Shown here: positions 9,752 to 19,501 of the stretch, in pieces
Layout of the letters: every line of letters starts with the position of its first letter
Position numbering within the stretch: position 1 is the first letter of the stretch
DNA from: Candidatus Kaiserbacteria bacterium
GTDB lineage: Bacteria; Patescibacteriota; Minisyncoccia; Phycocordibacterales; UBA2100
Reading direction: 5' to 3'
NCBI GenBank assembly: GCA_017134395.1
Contig: CP070993.1
Location: forward strand, 462,199-526,198
DNA: 64,000 nucleotides
Notes under the pieces: model-generated
Database searches by the model: none
The model's input: the letters and a program-made list of their open reading frames with translations, nothing else
What the model was told of the DNA's origin: nothing
Translations under genes and position numbers: made by a program

Positions 9752-10213
9752 ATGCCACAAAACATCGTTTGGAAAGCATACGAACACTCCCACACAGATA
9801 AAGGATCTGACTGGTTTTGGGCGCTTGGAATCGTTGCCTTTTCGAGTGCCTTAGTTGCGGCTCTTTTTCAAAACTTCCTCTTTGCCCTTTTAATTCTTGT
9901 GGGTGCATTTACGCTTGCCCTTCTTTCGGCTCGCCCTCCTCGAGAACTTGAATTTGCACTCACCCCCCAAGGAGTACGTATAGACAATGCGCTCTATCCA
10001 TACCAAATGCTTATATCGTTTTGGATTAAAGACAGAGAAACTGACCACGCAGAACTCATCATTGACGCACGTAAATTTATGACGCCTCACCTTATTGCCT
10101 CTTTGGAAGATACAGATGTTGAATCAGTACAAGCGTACCTTGAACAGTTTCTTCCAGAAGAAGAGCTTGAAGAACCCTTTGTGCAACGCATCTTAGAGAG
10201 ATTTGGTTTCTAA
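9752..10213 (+). CDS. Hypothetical membrane protein (2 TM).
   Basis: ORF with two hydrophobic helices; no family recognised. Confidence 0.4.
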   Translation: MPQNIVWKAYEHSHTDKGSDWFWALGIVAFSSALVAALFQNFLFALLILVGAFTLALLSARPPRELEFALTPQGVRIDNALYPYQMLISFWIKDRETDHAELIIDARKFMTPHLIASLEDTDVESVQAYLEQFLPEEELEEPFVQRILERFGF

Positions 10214-10276
10214 TAACTGGTAATACACCAGTAATTTTGTATAGTAGTGCCTACTTATACCTATTGTGTATAAGGG

Positions 10277-10353
10277 TCGCACCACAAGAGTACTTCCATT
10301 ATTTCTAAGAGCATAGCTCTAAGAAAAATTGGTCGCACCACCAAGGCACTTCT
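10277..10353. repeat. Two ~22-bp direct repeats (GGTCGCACCACMAAG..ACTTC) upstream of tRNA-Arg.
   Basis: ggtcgcaccacaagagtacttcc and ggtcgcaccaccaaggcacttc, about 55 bp apart; read directly. Confidence 0.6.
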
Positions 10354-10376
10354 TGTTTTGTAAACAAAACAAAGTC

Positions 10377-10448
10377 GCTCCCGTAGTTCAATGGATAGAA
10401 TACAGGTTTGCGGAACCTGAGATCTAGGTTCGACTCCTAGCGGGAGCA
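10377..10448 (+). tRNA. tRNA-Arg (anticodon read as GCG).
   Basis: Acceptor gctcccg/cgggagc; anticodon stem caggt/acctg with loop ttgcgga; T-arm ctagg-ttcgact-cctag. Confidence 0.75.
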
Positions 10449-10461
10449 CTAGAAAACCAAG

Positions 10462-10495
10462 ACCGTAACGCGATTAAGCGTTACGGTTTTTGGGT
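10462..10495 (+). terminator. Intrinsic terminator after tRNA-Arg.
   Basis: Hairpin accgtaacgc-gattaa-gcgttacggt followed by tttttgggttt. Confidence 0.7.
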
Positions 10496-10641
10496 TTCTT
10501 GATTCAGCTAGGAGTCGAAAGACGGAGGCGGTATACAAGACGAGTGAAACGAGTGCTTGTCGCCGAGTCAAGGCAGGAGCCACTTAGGAGCGGAGCGAGT
10601 TAGTGAGCTGCGCCGACTCCTACGTAAAAGTGTGAAAATTA

Positions 10642-10662
10642 TACTTAGTGATTCGTGACCAC
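10642..10662 (+). repeat. Copy of the tRNA-linked motif TACTTAGTGATTCGTGACCAC.
   Basis: Matches the motifs at 608-630 and 14614-14634; see findings. Confidence 0.6.
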
Positions 10663-10697
10663 AAAGGTAATTAAAAAACCGCCCAATTGGGCGGTTT

Positions 10698-10961
10698 TTA
10701 TGCTACGTTTGCAACATCACGAGCAATCTTAGCTTTCTTTCGTGATGCGTTGTTTTTCTTTATAATTCCGCGTTTTGCTGCCTTATCAATTGCTTTGTAT
10801 GCCTTTGGAAGAAGCTCCTCGGCGGTCTTTTTTTCTTTTTTACCAACAAGAGTAGCAATTTCTTTCATTGCCTCTTTCATAGCGCGAAGACGACGTACGT
10901 TGAAAACACGACGGGCTTCCGCTTGTATAACTGACTTCTTTCCTGATTTCGATGTTGCCAT
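10698..10961 (-). CDS. rpsT: 30S ribosomal protein S20.
   Basis: 87-aa basic protein with the S20-like layout (MATSKSGKKS...AEARRVFN...). Confidence 0.8.
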   Translation of the reverse strand: MATSKSGKKSVIQAEARRVFNVRRLRAMKEAMKEIATLVGKKEKKTAEELLPKAYKAIDKAAKRGIIKKNNASRKKAKIARDVANVA

Positions 10962-11020
10962 GAATGGGCAATATACTGTATTTATCTACGAAACGCAATG
11001 CTCGTGGTATGATTTGTTCA

Positions 11021-11584
11021 ATGATTATACAGTTACGCGGCACAGTAGTGGGAAAAGACCCTGAATACATAATTCTCGACGTAAGTGGCGTTGGCTATAA
11101 AGTATTTGTTACTCCAGAAACATTAGCTCATACTCCAGAGGATAAAGAAGCAGCAGTATGGACACATCTAGCTGTTCGAGAGACATCACTTGATATTTAT
11201 GGATTCCTTAAACGAGAAGACATGCTTTTCTTTGAACTCCTCATCGGAATTTCAGGTGTTGGTCCAAAGTCTGCCCTATCCATACTTAGTCTTGCTGATG
11301 TCACGACTCTCACCAGTGCGATTTCCCAAGGAGATACTTCATACCTCACAAAGGTTTCTGGCATTGGTGCCAAGAGTGCTCAAAAAATAGTACTTGAGTT
11401 AAGTGATAAGGTAGGAGCACTAAGCGAAAACCCGTCACTGAAAGAAGATGCAGACGCAATTGACGCTCTCACCGCAATGGGGTACTCGGTGTCAGAAGCG
11501 CGAACCGCGCTTAAAGCTGTTCCAAAAGATGTCGAAGGTGCTAACGCACGCTTAAAGCAGGCATTAAAAGCGCTCGCTCAGTAA
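11021..11584 (+). CDS. ruvA: Holliday junction branch-migration protein RuvA.
   Basis: Begins MIIQLRGTVV...; HhH region GIGPKSA; start moved to the internal ATG at 11021. Confidence 0.8.
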   Translation: MIIQLRGTVVGKDPEYIILDVSGVGYKVFVTPETLAHTPEDKEAAVWTHLAVRETSLDIYGFLKREDMLFFELLIGISGVGPKSALSILSLADVTTLTSAISQGDTSYLTKVSGIGAKSAQKIVLELSDKVGALSENPSLKEDADAIDALTAMGYSVSEARTALKAVPKDVEGANARLKQALKALAQ

Positions 11585-11594
11585 TATTTACTAT

Positions 11595-12872
11595 ATGCAT
11601 ACACTCAAAAGACTCATACCAAAACCGCTGTACCAAATGATAGCGCCTCTCTACCACCACGCTCTTGCGTGGGTTGGTGCACAATTATACGGACATCCTT
11701 CAAAGAAAATAAACGTTGTTGCTATTACTGGCACAAAAGGAAAATCGAGTGTCAGTGAATTGGTACATAGTATATTAGAGCACGCTGGCTACAAGACGGC
11801 ACTTGTAAGTACTATCCATTTTAAAATGGGATCACATAGTGAGCCCAATAAACTCAAGATGACAATGCCTGGCCGCTTCTTTCTGCAAAAGTTTCTTAAA
11901 AAAGCAGTTGACGCCAACTGTGATTGGGCTGTCATTGAAATGACATCTGAAGGTGCTAGCCAGTTTCGTCATATCAACATTGAGACTGATGCGCTCATTT
12001 TCACAAATATCACTCCTGAACACATCGAATCCCACGGTTCGTTTGAAAACTATCTTGCTGCAAAACTTTCTATTGGAAAAGCCCTAGAGAAATCGAAAAA
12101 ACCCTCCCGGATTATTGTGGCAAATGCCGATGATGAACATGGGGCTGATTTCTTAGCACTTCATGTGGACAGAGCGCTACCTTTTACACTTGAGTATGCA
12201 AAACCATGGTCTACAACCGAAAGCGGCACACAAATAACATTTGAAGGTACCACCATACACTCTCCTATTCCGGGTGAATTCACTGCATACAACATGCTTG
12301 CTGCTGCCACATTCGCACGCGCCATAGGAGTGGGCATCAAGCACATTAAGGCGGGACTTGAAGCAACACAGCTTATTCCAGGACGAGTAGAGCCTATTGC
12401 AATTGGTCAAGATTTTAAAGTTATTGTAGATTACGCGCACACCATCGAATCTCTTGAGAAACTCTACCAGGCATTCCCAAACAAAAAGAAAATATGCGTC
12501 CTTGGAAACACCGGTGGTGGCCGGGATACATGGAAACGTCCCAAAATGGCAGCACTTGCAGAAAAATACTGCGAACGAGTTATCCTTACTGATGAAGATC
12601 CGTATGATGAAGACCCTGAGTCTATCGTGCAAGAAATGGCAGCTGGAATGAACACGAGGCCTGAAATTATAATGGATCGTCGGCGCGCAATTCGAGCAGC
12701 AATAGAATTAGCAAAAGGTAATGCCGAGAGTGCAGTGCTTATAACCGGAAAAGGAACTGATCCATATATTATGCGCGCTAACGGTGACAAAGAGCCTTGG
12801 AGCGACGCTACTGTGGCACGTGAAGAGTTACAGGCAGCACTTGGTGATACTAAAAGTGCTGCTACTATATAA
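11595..12872 (+). CDS. Mur ligase family protein (MurE/MurF-like ATP-dependent amino-acid ligase).
   Basis: P-loop VVAITGTKGKSS, central Mur ligase domain, C-terminal domain; exact substrate not assignable. Confidence 0.6.
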   Translation: MHTLKRLIPKPLYQMIAPLYHHALAWVGAQLYGHPSKKINVVAITGTKGKSSVSELVHSILEHAGYKTALVSTIHFKMGSHSEPNKLKMTMPGRFFLQKFLKKAVDANCDWAVIEMTSEGASQFRHINIETDALIFTNITPEHIESHGSFENYLAAKLSIGKALEKSKKPSRIIVANADDEHGADFLALHVDRALPFTLEYAKPWSTTESGTQITFEGTTIHSPIPGEFTAYNMLAAATFARAIGVGIKHIKAGLEATQLIPGRVEPIAIGQDFKVIVDYAHTIESLEKLYQAFPNKKKICVLGNTGGGRDTWKRPKMAALAEKYCERVILTDEDPYDEDPESIVQEMAAGMNTRPEIIMDRRRAIRAAIELAKGNAESAVLITGKGTDPYIMRANGDKEPWSDATVAREELQAALGDTKSAATI

Positions 12873-12874
12873 GT

Positions 12875-13786
12875 ATGTTAAAGAAAATTTTTGTTATTGG
12901 CGGAGCTATTTTGATTTTACTTTTTGTCTGGTTCACGTTTCAATCAGTCAAGAATGCACTCACAACAAATACCAAAAGTGAAAGCAGCTTCTTTGGAGCT
13001 GACTTTTTCTTTCCTTTTCCAAGTGACATTATGCAAAGTATCTCCTTCCAAGATACTAATCGAGTAGCACAAGTAAGTCTTGAAGAACTTGGTGAATTCT
13101 CTCCGGCACAAGGACTTGTAGAAATAGAAGAAAATACTGCGCATATAAGTGTTTCGGACGTGAATGATGAATACATCATTATTCGTGCGCTTGAAACAAA
13201 CGTGCAGCCAGTAAACATCAGTAATTGGTCGCTTCAAAGCATGGTAAGCGACGAATGGATAGGGCTACCACAGGGAGCCCCTCTGTACATTCTTGGAGAA
13301 GTAAATGAGGTACAGGATATCTATCTAGCACCAGGCGAACGAGCAATTATATCAACAAGTCAATCGCCTGTCGGTGTTTCGTTTCGCGTTAATCGCTGCT
13401 CTGGATTTCTAAATGACACTCAAGATTTTGACCCCCCTATTCGTACCGCGTGTATTAACCCACAAGAAATTCTGTTACCTACTGCACAGAACATAAAAGA
13501 CTACGGTGCTTCATGTGTCTCATTTGTTGAACGAATAGGAAGCTGTACGTATGTCACCAGTGATCTCAAAGAAATTTTGGATGTCTCACAGGCATGTAAA
13601 GACTTTATCAAACCGCTTCTTACCTATAACTACTGCATCAACACGCACGCTGGTGATGCTGATTTTTACGAAAAAAACGAATGGCGAATATTTTTAAATG
13701 AGGACAAAGCACTGTGGCGAGAGAATTACGAAATAGTGCGTTTGCTCGATGAAAAACATCGAACTGTTGATGTTATTACGTATTAG
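12875..13786 (+). CDS. Hypothetical membrane-anchored or secreted protein, possibly with a lamin-tail-like domain.
   Basis: N-terminal TM segment; the ISNWSLQS...APGERAII pattern resembles LTD domains. Confidence 0.4.
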   Translation: MLKKIFVIGGAILILLFVWFTFQSVKNALTTNTKSESSFFGADFFFPFPSDIMQSISFQDTNRVAQVSLEELGEFSPAQGLVEIEENTAHISVSDVNDEYIIIRALETNVQPVNISNWSLQSMVSDEWIGLPQGAPLYILGEVNEVQDIYLAPGERAIISTSQSPVGVSFRVNRCSGFLNDTQDFDPPIRTACINPQEILLPTAQNIKDYGASCVSFVERIGSCTYVTSDLKEILDVSQACKDFIKPLLTYNYCINTHAGDADFYEKNEWRIFLNEDKALWRENYEIVRLLDEKHRTVDVITY

Positions 13787-14246
13787 TACTAAGTGAAAAC
13801 AAAACAATACCTGCAGTCACACTTACGTTCAGTGACTCCTTCTTTCCATGCATTGGTATCTCAACTATGTAATCGCTCTTATCGCGCAACTGCTTCGACA
13901 CCCCTCGTACTTCGTTACCAAGTATCAGTGCCATCTTGGGCAATGTCTTGAAGTCGTTTAAAACAATAGATCGCTCATCTTGCTCTATCGATATAATACT
14001 AAAGCCTTCTTTCTTCAAATCTTTTAATACGTTGTTAATGTCTCCCGATTCCCATCGTACATACTCTTGTCCACCAAGAGCGGTCTTGGCGATATCTTTT
14101 TGGGGACGACCAAAACGATCAATTGGCTTAGGTGTGTATCCGGTAAGATACATTTTAGTGACGCCTGCTGCATCAGCTGTTCGAAAGATAGAACCCACAT
14201 TGTGAGTACTCCGTATGTTGTGCAATATTACAATAACCTCATTCAT
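13776..14246 (-). CDS. SpoU/TrmH-family RNA 2'-O-methyltransferase.
   Basis: SPOUT motifs (LILGNEVRGVS, IPM.G...SLNVSVTAGIVLF). Confidence 0.75.
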   Translation of the reverse strand: MNEVIVILHNIRSTHNVGSIFRTADAAGVTKMYLTGYTPKPIDRFGRPQKDIAKTALGGQEYVRWESGDINNVLKDLKKEGFSIISIEQDERSIVLNDFKTLPKMALILGNEVRGVSKQLRDKSDYIVEIPMHGKKESLNVSVTAGIVLFSLSTNT

Positions 14247-14317
14247 GCTGCATACTATACAATAAGACTGTAAAAATAGTGTATGTATGCTATATTTTGC
14301 ACCATTCCCGCCCGTAG

Positions 14318-14380
14318 CTCAGTTGGTAGAGCAGCGGCCTTTTAAGCCGAATGTCGTAGGTTCGAGTCCTACCGGGCGGA
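14318..14380 (+). tRNA. tRNA-Lys (anticodon UUU).
   Basis: Acceptor ccgcccg/cgggcgg; D-arm gctcagttggtagagc; anticodon loop cttttaa; T-arm gtagg-ttcgagt-cctac. Confidence 0.8.
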
Positions 14381-14392
14381 CAAACGTAAAAA

Positions 14393-14432
14393 TATAAGCA
14401 CTTCCCGTGAATAGGAAGTGCTTATATTTTTA
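14393..14432 (+). terminator. Intrinsic terminator after tRNA-Lys.
   Basis: Hairpin tataagcacttcc-cgtgaata-ggaagtgcttata followed by a T-run. Confidence 0.7.
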
Positions 14433-14572
14433 GCAAGCAAACTGCTTTGCTTGCGGCGTTTGTCCGAGACGGAACCATGTTTTGCGATTTTCCCTGAGCG
14501 AAACGGGTGAGTCCGGGCAGGAGGTTCTTAATGAACGTAGTGAATTTAGAAACCTGACGCGACATATAAAGC

Positions 14573-14700
14573 ACTTAGTAAAATTGGAGAGTACGAATAA
14601 TTTTACTTAGTGACTTGTGACGACATAATGAATTGAATGAAATTTACATAGTGATGGGTGGCGACAAATATAAAACCCACCTAATAAATGTGTGGTGACA
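14573..14700 (+). repeat. Cluster of 3-4 copies of the tRNA-linked motif (CACTTAGTA..., TACTTAGTGACTTGTGACGAC, TACATAGTGATGGGTGGCGAC, GTGTGGTGACAAAC).
   Basis: Read directly; same consensus as the copies at 608-630 and 10642-10662. Confidence 0.6.
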
Positions 14701-14821
14701 AACAATCTAATTTGTTACTCTAAAAACAGAGACCTCTTGGCCAATCGTACTATGGGAGGAAGGTTGGCTAAGAAGCGGCTCGGAAAGGATCGCTTGGCCA
14801 GTGATCCTTTTCTTTGCCTCT

Positions 14822-16819
14822 TTAGTCTTCGGGCTTAAACTCTACCGTCACATCTTTGGTAGCTTGCGTACCGAACTCTGACTCACATTCGAGTGTGTAA
14901 ATGGCAGCACGTATTTGTCTGTCTGGAACACTTTCTTTATCAAAACTAAACGGTTCGGTTATCACCACGCCTTGTGGGTTTGTGTATCCAAACCCTCGCG
15001 GACCAGTAACCTTACAACTCTTCATAAACAAACTAGACCACGCAACTCGCACCCTATCGCCACGCTCAGCTTCCTCAGGTTCTACCACAATATCGTATTG
15101 TGGTTCTCCCACAGTTACCGCACACGTATTCCTTCCTATCTCTATACCGTCTTCATCGAGACACTGTACTGCGTATTCTTCATTATGGTCCGGGGTAACC
15201 GTCACTTCGCCAGAAACCTTTCCTTCTGTATCGATACCAATACCTTGGCTGCTTGTGGCTGCTGTCGTACATGCCCATTTAAGAGTACTCGGGCGATCCT
15301 TGCGAATTGTATTCGGTACACATGAGAGCTGTGGTGGCGAAGAACCTGTTGGACCAAGTGCGTCACTGCCTTCAACAACAACCGTCACTTCGCACATCTT
15401 TATGTTGTCATCTCCACTTCCTGTTGCGGTCAATTCATACGTTGTGGTTTCAGCAGGTCGTATTGTCGTCTCGCTACTCTTAGGCAAATCAGCTCCTATG
15501 CCACTAATACTGACTGTTTCTGAACTTGCAGTACGCCATCGAATAACGACCGTTTCGCCAGACAGAATCTCCTTCTTACTTGCATCTAACAAACACTGTG
15601 GCACGGCAGTCCCCTCTTTTTTACATACTGTCCGCCCATCCACAACAGCTTTAACGTATCCGGCTGAACATCCTTGCGCACTACTACCAGATCTATTGCT
15701 ACTACTCCTGTTCGAACTGTTCCAACGAGTAAACGCGCCTCCAATACCTTGCCCTATCGCAATTCCGACTGATGTCCACGCCTGTGAAGTTCGTGAGGTC
15801 ACACCTCGTATCTCACACTCCATACGCTGAGTAAATGTTCCACTACAGCGAGATCCACTAGTGCCCGGGGCTCCTGAAATTCCTGAGACGCCGGTGCGTA
15901 ATTTTGGATCTTTAGGAACACAGGTATATCCTTTTGTAGTGTCACTGAAATCGTTTGGATAACATACCACTGGACCTTTGTGCGCACATACAAGAGCTTC
16001 GGCCGCAGTAGCGTTTGAATGTGCGGTGCTAAGATTGCGTAATTTGACTATTGCATCAAGCTCTGGTTCACACACCTCTGGTACAGCAAACACTGTTTTT
16101 CCATCTTGCGTCTCTGAATCTGGGTCCAGCACAGTATTCTCGATAGGACAACTACCGCTTTCACAAGTCCTTAAAAACAATTTTGGTAAATCTGCAATAC
16201 AGAGTGCTTGCTTCATCGGGCTCTCAACAAATCGAACGGTATTTTCTGTAGTCCCTTGTTTTACTTCCGCAATATCAGCATTCCCGGGAATAGTTTCCCC
16301 TGTCTCACGTTCAATACATTGCTGTAGTTTCAAAACAGCCCTAACTGGGGCATTGGGAACATTTGATGCGTAACAATCAGTAACACGAAAACCATCTATT
16401 GATGGTGTAACAAATGAGGTAGAACATCTGTTCTTACAATTCCCCGTCCCATCAGCATCACAAGTTTGTAGCGCCTGTGTTAACAAATCAGTTGCAACAG
16501 AAACTCGTGATGTTGTGGGCGTATTCTCATTTTCTACCTCAACCTCTCGTGTGTTTGTACCTGTTCCGAACGGAATATTTTGACCACCACGACGAGCATC
16601 TGGATTCGTCCATTGTGTTGTTTCTGTTTGCGTTTGGGCTTGCTGTGGCGCACCCACGGTTCCGGTGTCAGGATTTATCCATTCCGATGCATCATTTGCC
16701 GCAGCGGTATTTCCCCCACTAACGGGAGTCTGTAAAAAGGTGCCTGAAACACCTAAACCAACTATTAAAAGTGCGGCAAACGCGAGTCGTGTAATATCTT
16801 TTTTTGTTTCAGTACCCAT
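14822..16819 (-). CDS. Large secreted Cys-rich protein with three C-terminal ~90-aa Ig-like repeats.
   Basis: Signal/TM at the N-terminus (start moved to the ATG at 16819); internally repeated C-terminal modules; no family match. Confidence 0.5.
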   Translation of the reverse strand: MGTETKKDITRLAFAALLIVGLGVSGTFLQTPVSGGNTAAANDASEWINPDTGTVGAPQQAQTQTETTQWTNPDARRGGQNIPFGTGTNTREVEVENENTPTTSRVSVATDLLTQALQTCDADGTGNCKNRCSTSFVTPSIDGFRVTDCYASNVPNAPVRAVLKLQQCIERETGETIPGNADIAEVKQGTTENTVRFVESPMKQALCIADLPKLFLRTCESGSCPIENTVLDPDSETQDGKTVFAVPEVCEPELDAIVKLRNLSTAHSNATAAEALVCAHKGPVVCYPNDFSDTTKGYTCVPKDPKLRTGVSGISGAPGTSGSRCSGTFTQRMECEIRGVTSRTSQAWTSVGIAIGQGIGGAFTRWNSSNRSSSNRSGSSAQGCSAGYVKAVVDGRTVCKKEGTAVPQCLLDASKKEILSGETVVIRWRTASSETVSISGIGADLPKSSETTIRPAETTTYELTATGSGDDNIKMCEVTVVVEGSDALGPTGSSPPQLSCVPNTIRKDRPSTLKWACTTAATSSQGIGIDTEGKVSGEVTVTPDHNEEYAVQCLDEDGIEIGRNTCAVTVGEPQYDIVVEPEEAERGDRVRVAWSSLFMKSCKVTGPRGFGYTNPQGVVITEPFSFDKESVPDRQIRAAIYTLECESEFGTQATKDVTVEFKPED

Positions 16820-16851
16820 AAATAGCTTGTTACATGGTATCCGCAAAGACA

Positions 16852-18414
16852 CTAGATTGAAAATAGGTTATGCACACGAGTAAAGTCATTTCCATCAGTC
16901 ATCCGCAACAATGAACGTGGAGTGCTTCCAATAAGTAATGGAGATATAGTATGCACGACTCCGTAATATGAACCGTACAAAACACTCTGTTCAGCAAAAC
17001 GGACAGTCTTTCCAGGTGTAGAAGAAACTCTTTCTGGAGCAATCGTTTCTCGTCCTCCTACAACAAACTGTCCGTAATCACTATTATCAGCCTGCACGCT
17101 CGGTGCTTGTTGCACACTCGTTGTGCCATCGTTTGGTATATGTGTTGCATAAAATCCATCAAATGAGTTGTCGCTGGCGATAGTTTTTTGAATTTCGCTC
17201 TCCGCTCCAGATTGTGTTGTGTTATCAGCAGTATTTGAATCACTTCCGTTGGTCAATTTTGTTATATTGTGCACGAGATTTGAAACAACTGAATTATTTC
17301 CTCCTGCTGTAGTGTTTGCTTGCGTTTCCTCTTGTTGAGGCTCACATGTTTTGAAAAAATTGGTGCCCAAAAAACCAGAACCTTCACAGACAACTTCATT
17401 GTTTTCTGACGGTTGATTTGCAGGTGTATCGAAAGTTAAAACACTTTGAGAATCATCTTCGGTTTGTTTTTTAGGGTTAGTAAGAAAATCTAAAAGTGAC
17501 CCACCGCCAGTAGGCTTAGTATCGTCTGCCTGTTCGGAGTCAATGTATACCAACCCATCAGAGAATACTTGACTGGTCGCATCAGGAGTATTGAACGTGG
17601 ATCCACCGCCAATTGGCTGGAAAAGATTTGGAAATGATATACTCGGTATATTTGAGATAGGTTGATACAGCTCTTCAAAATAGTTTTTTGGTGTGTATTC
17701 ACTTGTTCGCGGTGTCAGTATTATTTCTTTGAATTCGTCCGAATACTCTGCTGGTGGTGTGTATTCTTCTACCGGTCCATACTCTTTTTCTTCTGTGTAA
17801 TCTCCACTAATACTGCCAGTTACGCACTCTCCATCACCAAAGCTATACAGTATCTCCCGGGCTTCTGGGTCGCGCACGTTTCCTGAAATGTTGGTTCTCT
17901 TATATCCTGTAGACCATATAGATGTCCGTCCTGTGCGAACATCTACATGTATAGATTTACTCTTGTAATAACCAATTCCCCCTTCGCAATTATTTACTTT
18001 TCGTAAACCACATATTGCAAAAGTGATGAATTCTTTTTCTTTTCCTTCAGTGACCTTCAGGTCAATTGCATTATTGTGACGATGCTGACTATTACTTACT
18101 CCGGTGTTGTAAGTACATTCAGGATTGTTTTGATTTATATCCCCTTCATTGTAGCGACAACCACTCGTAAAAGTACACTGATTTCTTCCGCCAATTGCCT
18201 CACATGCGTTTAGAACAACATCTGACACTTTAGTGTTAGCTCCACGTATATTCTCCCCGTATTCTTTCCAGTTAGCGTCAATAATTTCACACCCTTGCTG
18301 TCCAAACCGCAAATCAGGGACTGCAACAATTGCTTGTGCACTCTGTACAAAACTAAAAAACACTACAACAACCAAAATTAAGAATGTAGAGAAAGCACGA
18401 AAGGACCAAATCAT
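16852..18414 (-). CDS. Secreted protein with an N-terminal LAS/peptidase-M15-like metallopeptidase signature.
   Basis: Signal peptide; SQHRHNNAIDL (SxHxxxxAxD-like) and IHVDVR (HxD-like) motifs resemble zinc D,D-peptidase folds. Tentative. Confidence 0.4.
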   Translation of the reverse strand: MIWSFRAFSTFLILVVVVFFSFVQSAQAIVAVPDLRFGQQGCEIIDANWKEYGENIRGANTKVSDVVLNACEAIGGRNQCTFTSGCRYNEGDINQNNPECTYNTGVSNSQHRHNNAIDLKVTEGKEKEFITFAICGLRKVNNCEGGIGYYKSKSIHVDVRTGRTSIWSTGYKRTNISGNVRDPEAREILYSFGDGECVTGSISGDYTEEKEYGPVEEYTPPAEYSDEFKEIILTPRTSEYTPKNYFEELYQPISNIPSISFPNLFQPIGGGSTFNTPDATSQVFSDGLVYIDSEQADDTKPTGGGSLLDFLTNPKKQTEDDSQSVLTFDTPANQPSENNEVVCEGSGFLGTNFFKTCEPQQEETQANTTAGGNNSVVSNLVHNITKLTNGSDSNTADNTTQSGAESEIQKTIASDNSFDGFYATHIPNDGTTSVQQAPSVQADNSDYGQFVVGGRETIAPERVSSTPGKTVRFAEQSVLYGSYYGVVHTISPLLIGSTPRSLLRMTDGNDFTRVHNLFSI

Positions 18415-18473
18415 AGCTTGATAGTACCGTGTGTGAGGTTAAAAATCTATTTTCCTGTGTGACTAAAGCAGTT

Positions 18474-19490
18474 TTACAAACCGAGGGTATCTGCAATGAG
18501 CATAAGTATGCGCCTCCACCATGCGAGCCGTTCTTCTTCTGTTCCTAAGCTATCGTAATAGCCTTCAGCGAGCAAATCGGCATCTGTTCCAGACTGAGAG
18601 ACATTTGAGCTTCGGTAGTCTCCAATATCACCAGTACCTGCATTTTGCTCGTTAAGTAGTGCTTCGCGTCGACGTGCTTCTTCTGCTGCTCGTTCCAGCT
18701 CAGCTAATGAAAGGCCAGATGTGTACGCTGGGTCATCTAAATTATCAAGAAGCTCTTGTCCAAATTCTGTATTTCCCCCGCTGGAGTTACTTGAACCACC
18801 ATCTAAAGATTGGTATGAGGTGGTTACAGAATCACCTGTTTGTGTATTTCTTGTGTTGTTCGTTGCTGGCGAGGCGCCACCTGTTGTATTTGTTGTTGGA
18901 TTTTCTCTGTCAAGGATTGTAAAGATTGAATCTGTGTTGCTAGAGTCATCCGAATTATCGTCACCAAAATCTAAATTAAATCCGTTGTCATTATTGTTAG
19001 CTCCGTAGTCATCAGTGACGTCTAAAAATGTGCTTACATCGTCAATGTAATCGTATTGTGTGCCACCTGAACCCGAGTATGAGTCAGTTCCTATCCCCCC
19101 ACTGATGAGATTGTTAATAAACCCCACCGCTGTTTGTACGACAATTCCCTGTGCTACGCCTTCGATGAAACCTCCTCCTAAGCTTCCGCCGAAGATACCG
19201 GTAGGAGCTGGTGTATATGTAGACACTTGGCAACAACCAGCAGTACACACTCCGTTGACAGCACCTCCCGTTATCCCTGTTGCCCAGCAAATAAATAGAC
19301 CATCTCTACCCTTAGGTGGCGGTCCTGCAGGTTGGCAGACTTCATGATTTATATATACACCAAAAGATGATTGTGGACATGCCGATTGTGCATTAGTAAA
19401 TGAAACTCCTACAAAGAAGTAACCAAAAACGAGCAACGCAATAAATGACAATGTTAAGTTCATTTTGTGTGTACGTAGTAAAGATTCCAT
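18474..19490 (-). CDS. Secreted hypothetical protein, Gly/Ser/Asn/Asp-rich.
   Basis: Signal peptide and low-complexity acidic middle region. Confidence 0.45.
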   Translation of the reverse strand: MESLLRTHKMNLTLSFIALLVFGYFFVGVSFTNAQSACPQSSFGVYINHEVCQPAGPPPKGRDGLFICWATGITGGAVNGVCTAGCCQVSTYTPAPTGIFGGSLGGGFIEGVAQGIVVQTAVGFINNLISGGIGTDSYSGSGGTQYDYIDDVSTFLDVTDDYGANNNDNGFNLDFGDDNSDDSSNTDSIFTILDRENPTTNTTGGASPATNNTRNTQTGDSVTTSYQSLDGGSSNSSGGNTEFGQELLDNLDDPAYTSGLSLAELERAAEEARRREALLNEQNAGTGDIGDYRSSNVSQSGTDADLLAEGYYDSLGTEEERLAWWRRILMLIADTLGL

Positions 19491-19501
19491 ATACCTGTAT
19501 A

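Noticed and set aside
10261-10449. 62-aa minus-strand ORF overlapping tRNA-Arg.
   Set aside because: It overlaps a confidently folded tRNA on the opposite strand, so it is spurious.
14901-16373. Several 130-310-aa plus-strand ORFs inside the 676-aa secreted protein gene.
   Set aside because: They are antisense shadow ORFs of a long minus-strand gene. Their composition is Ser/Pro/Cys-rich and they have no start context.
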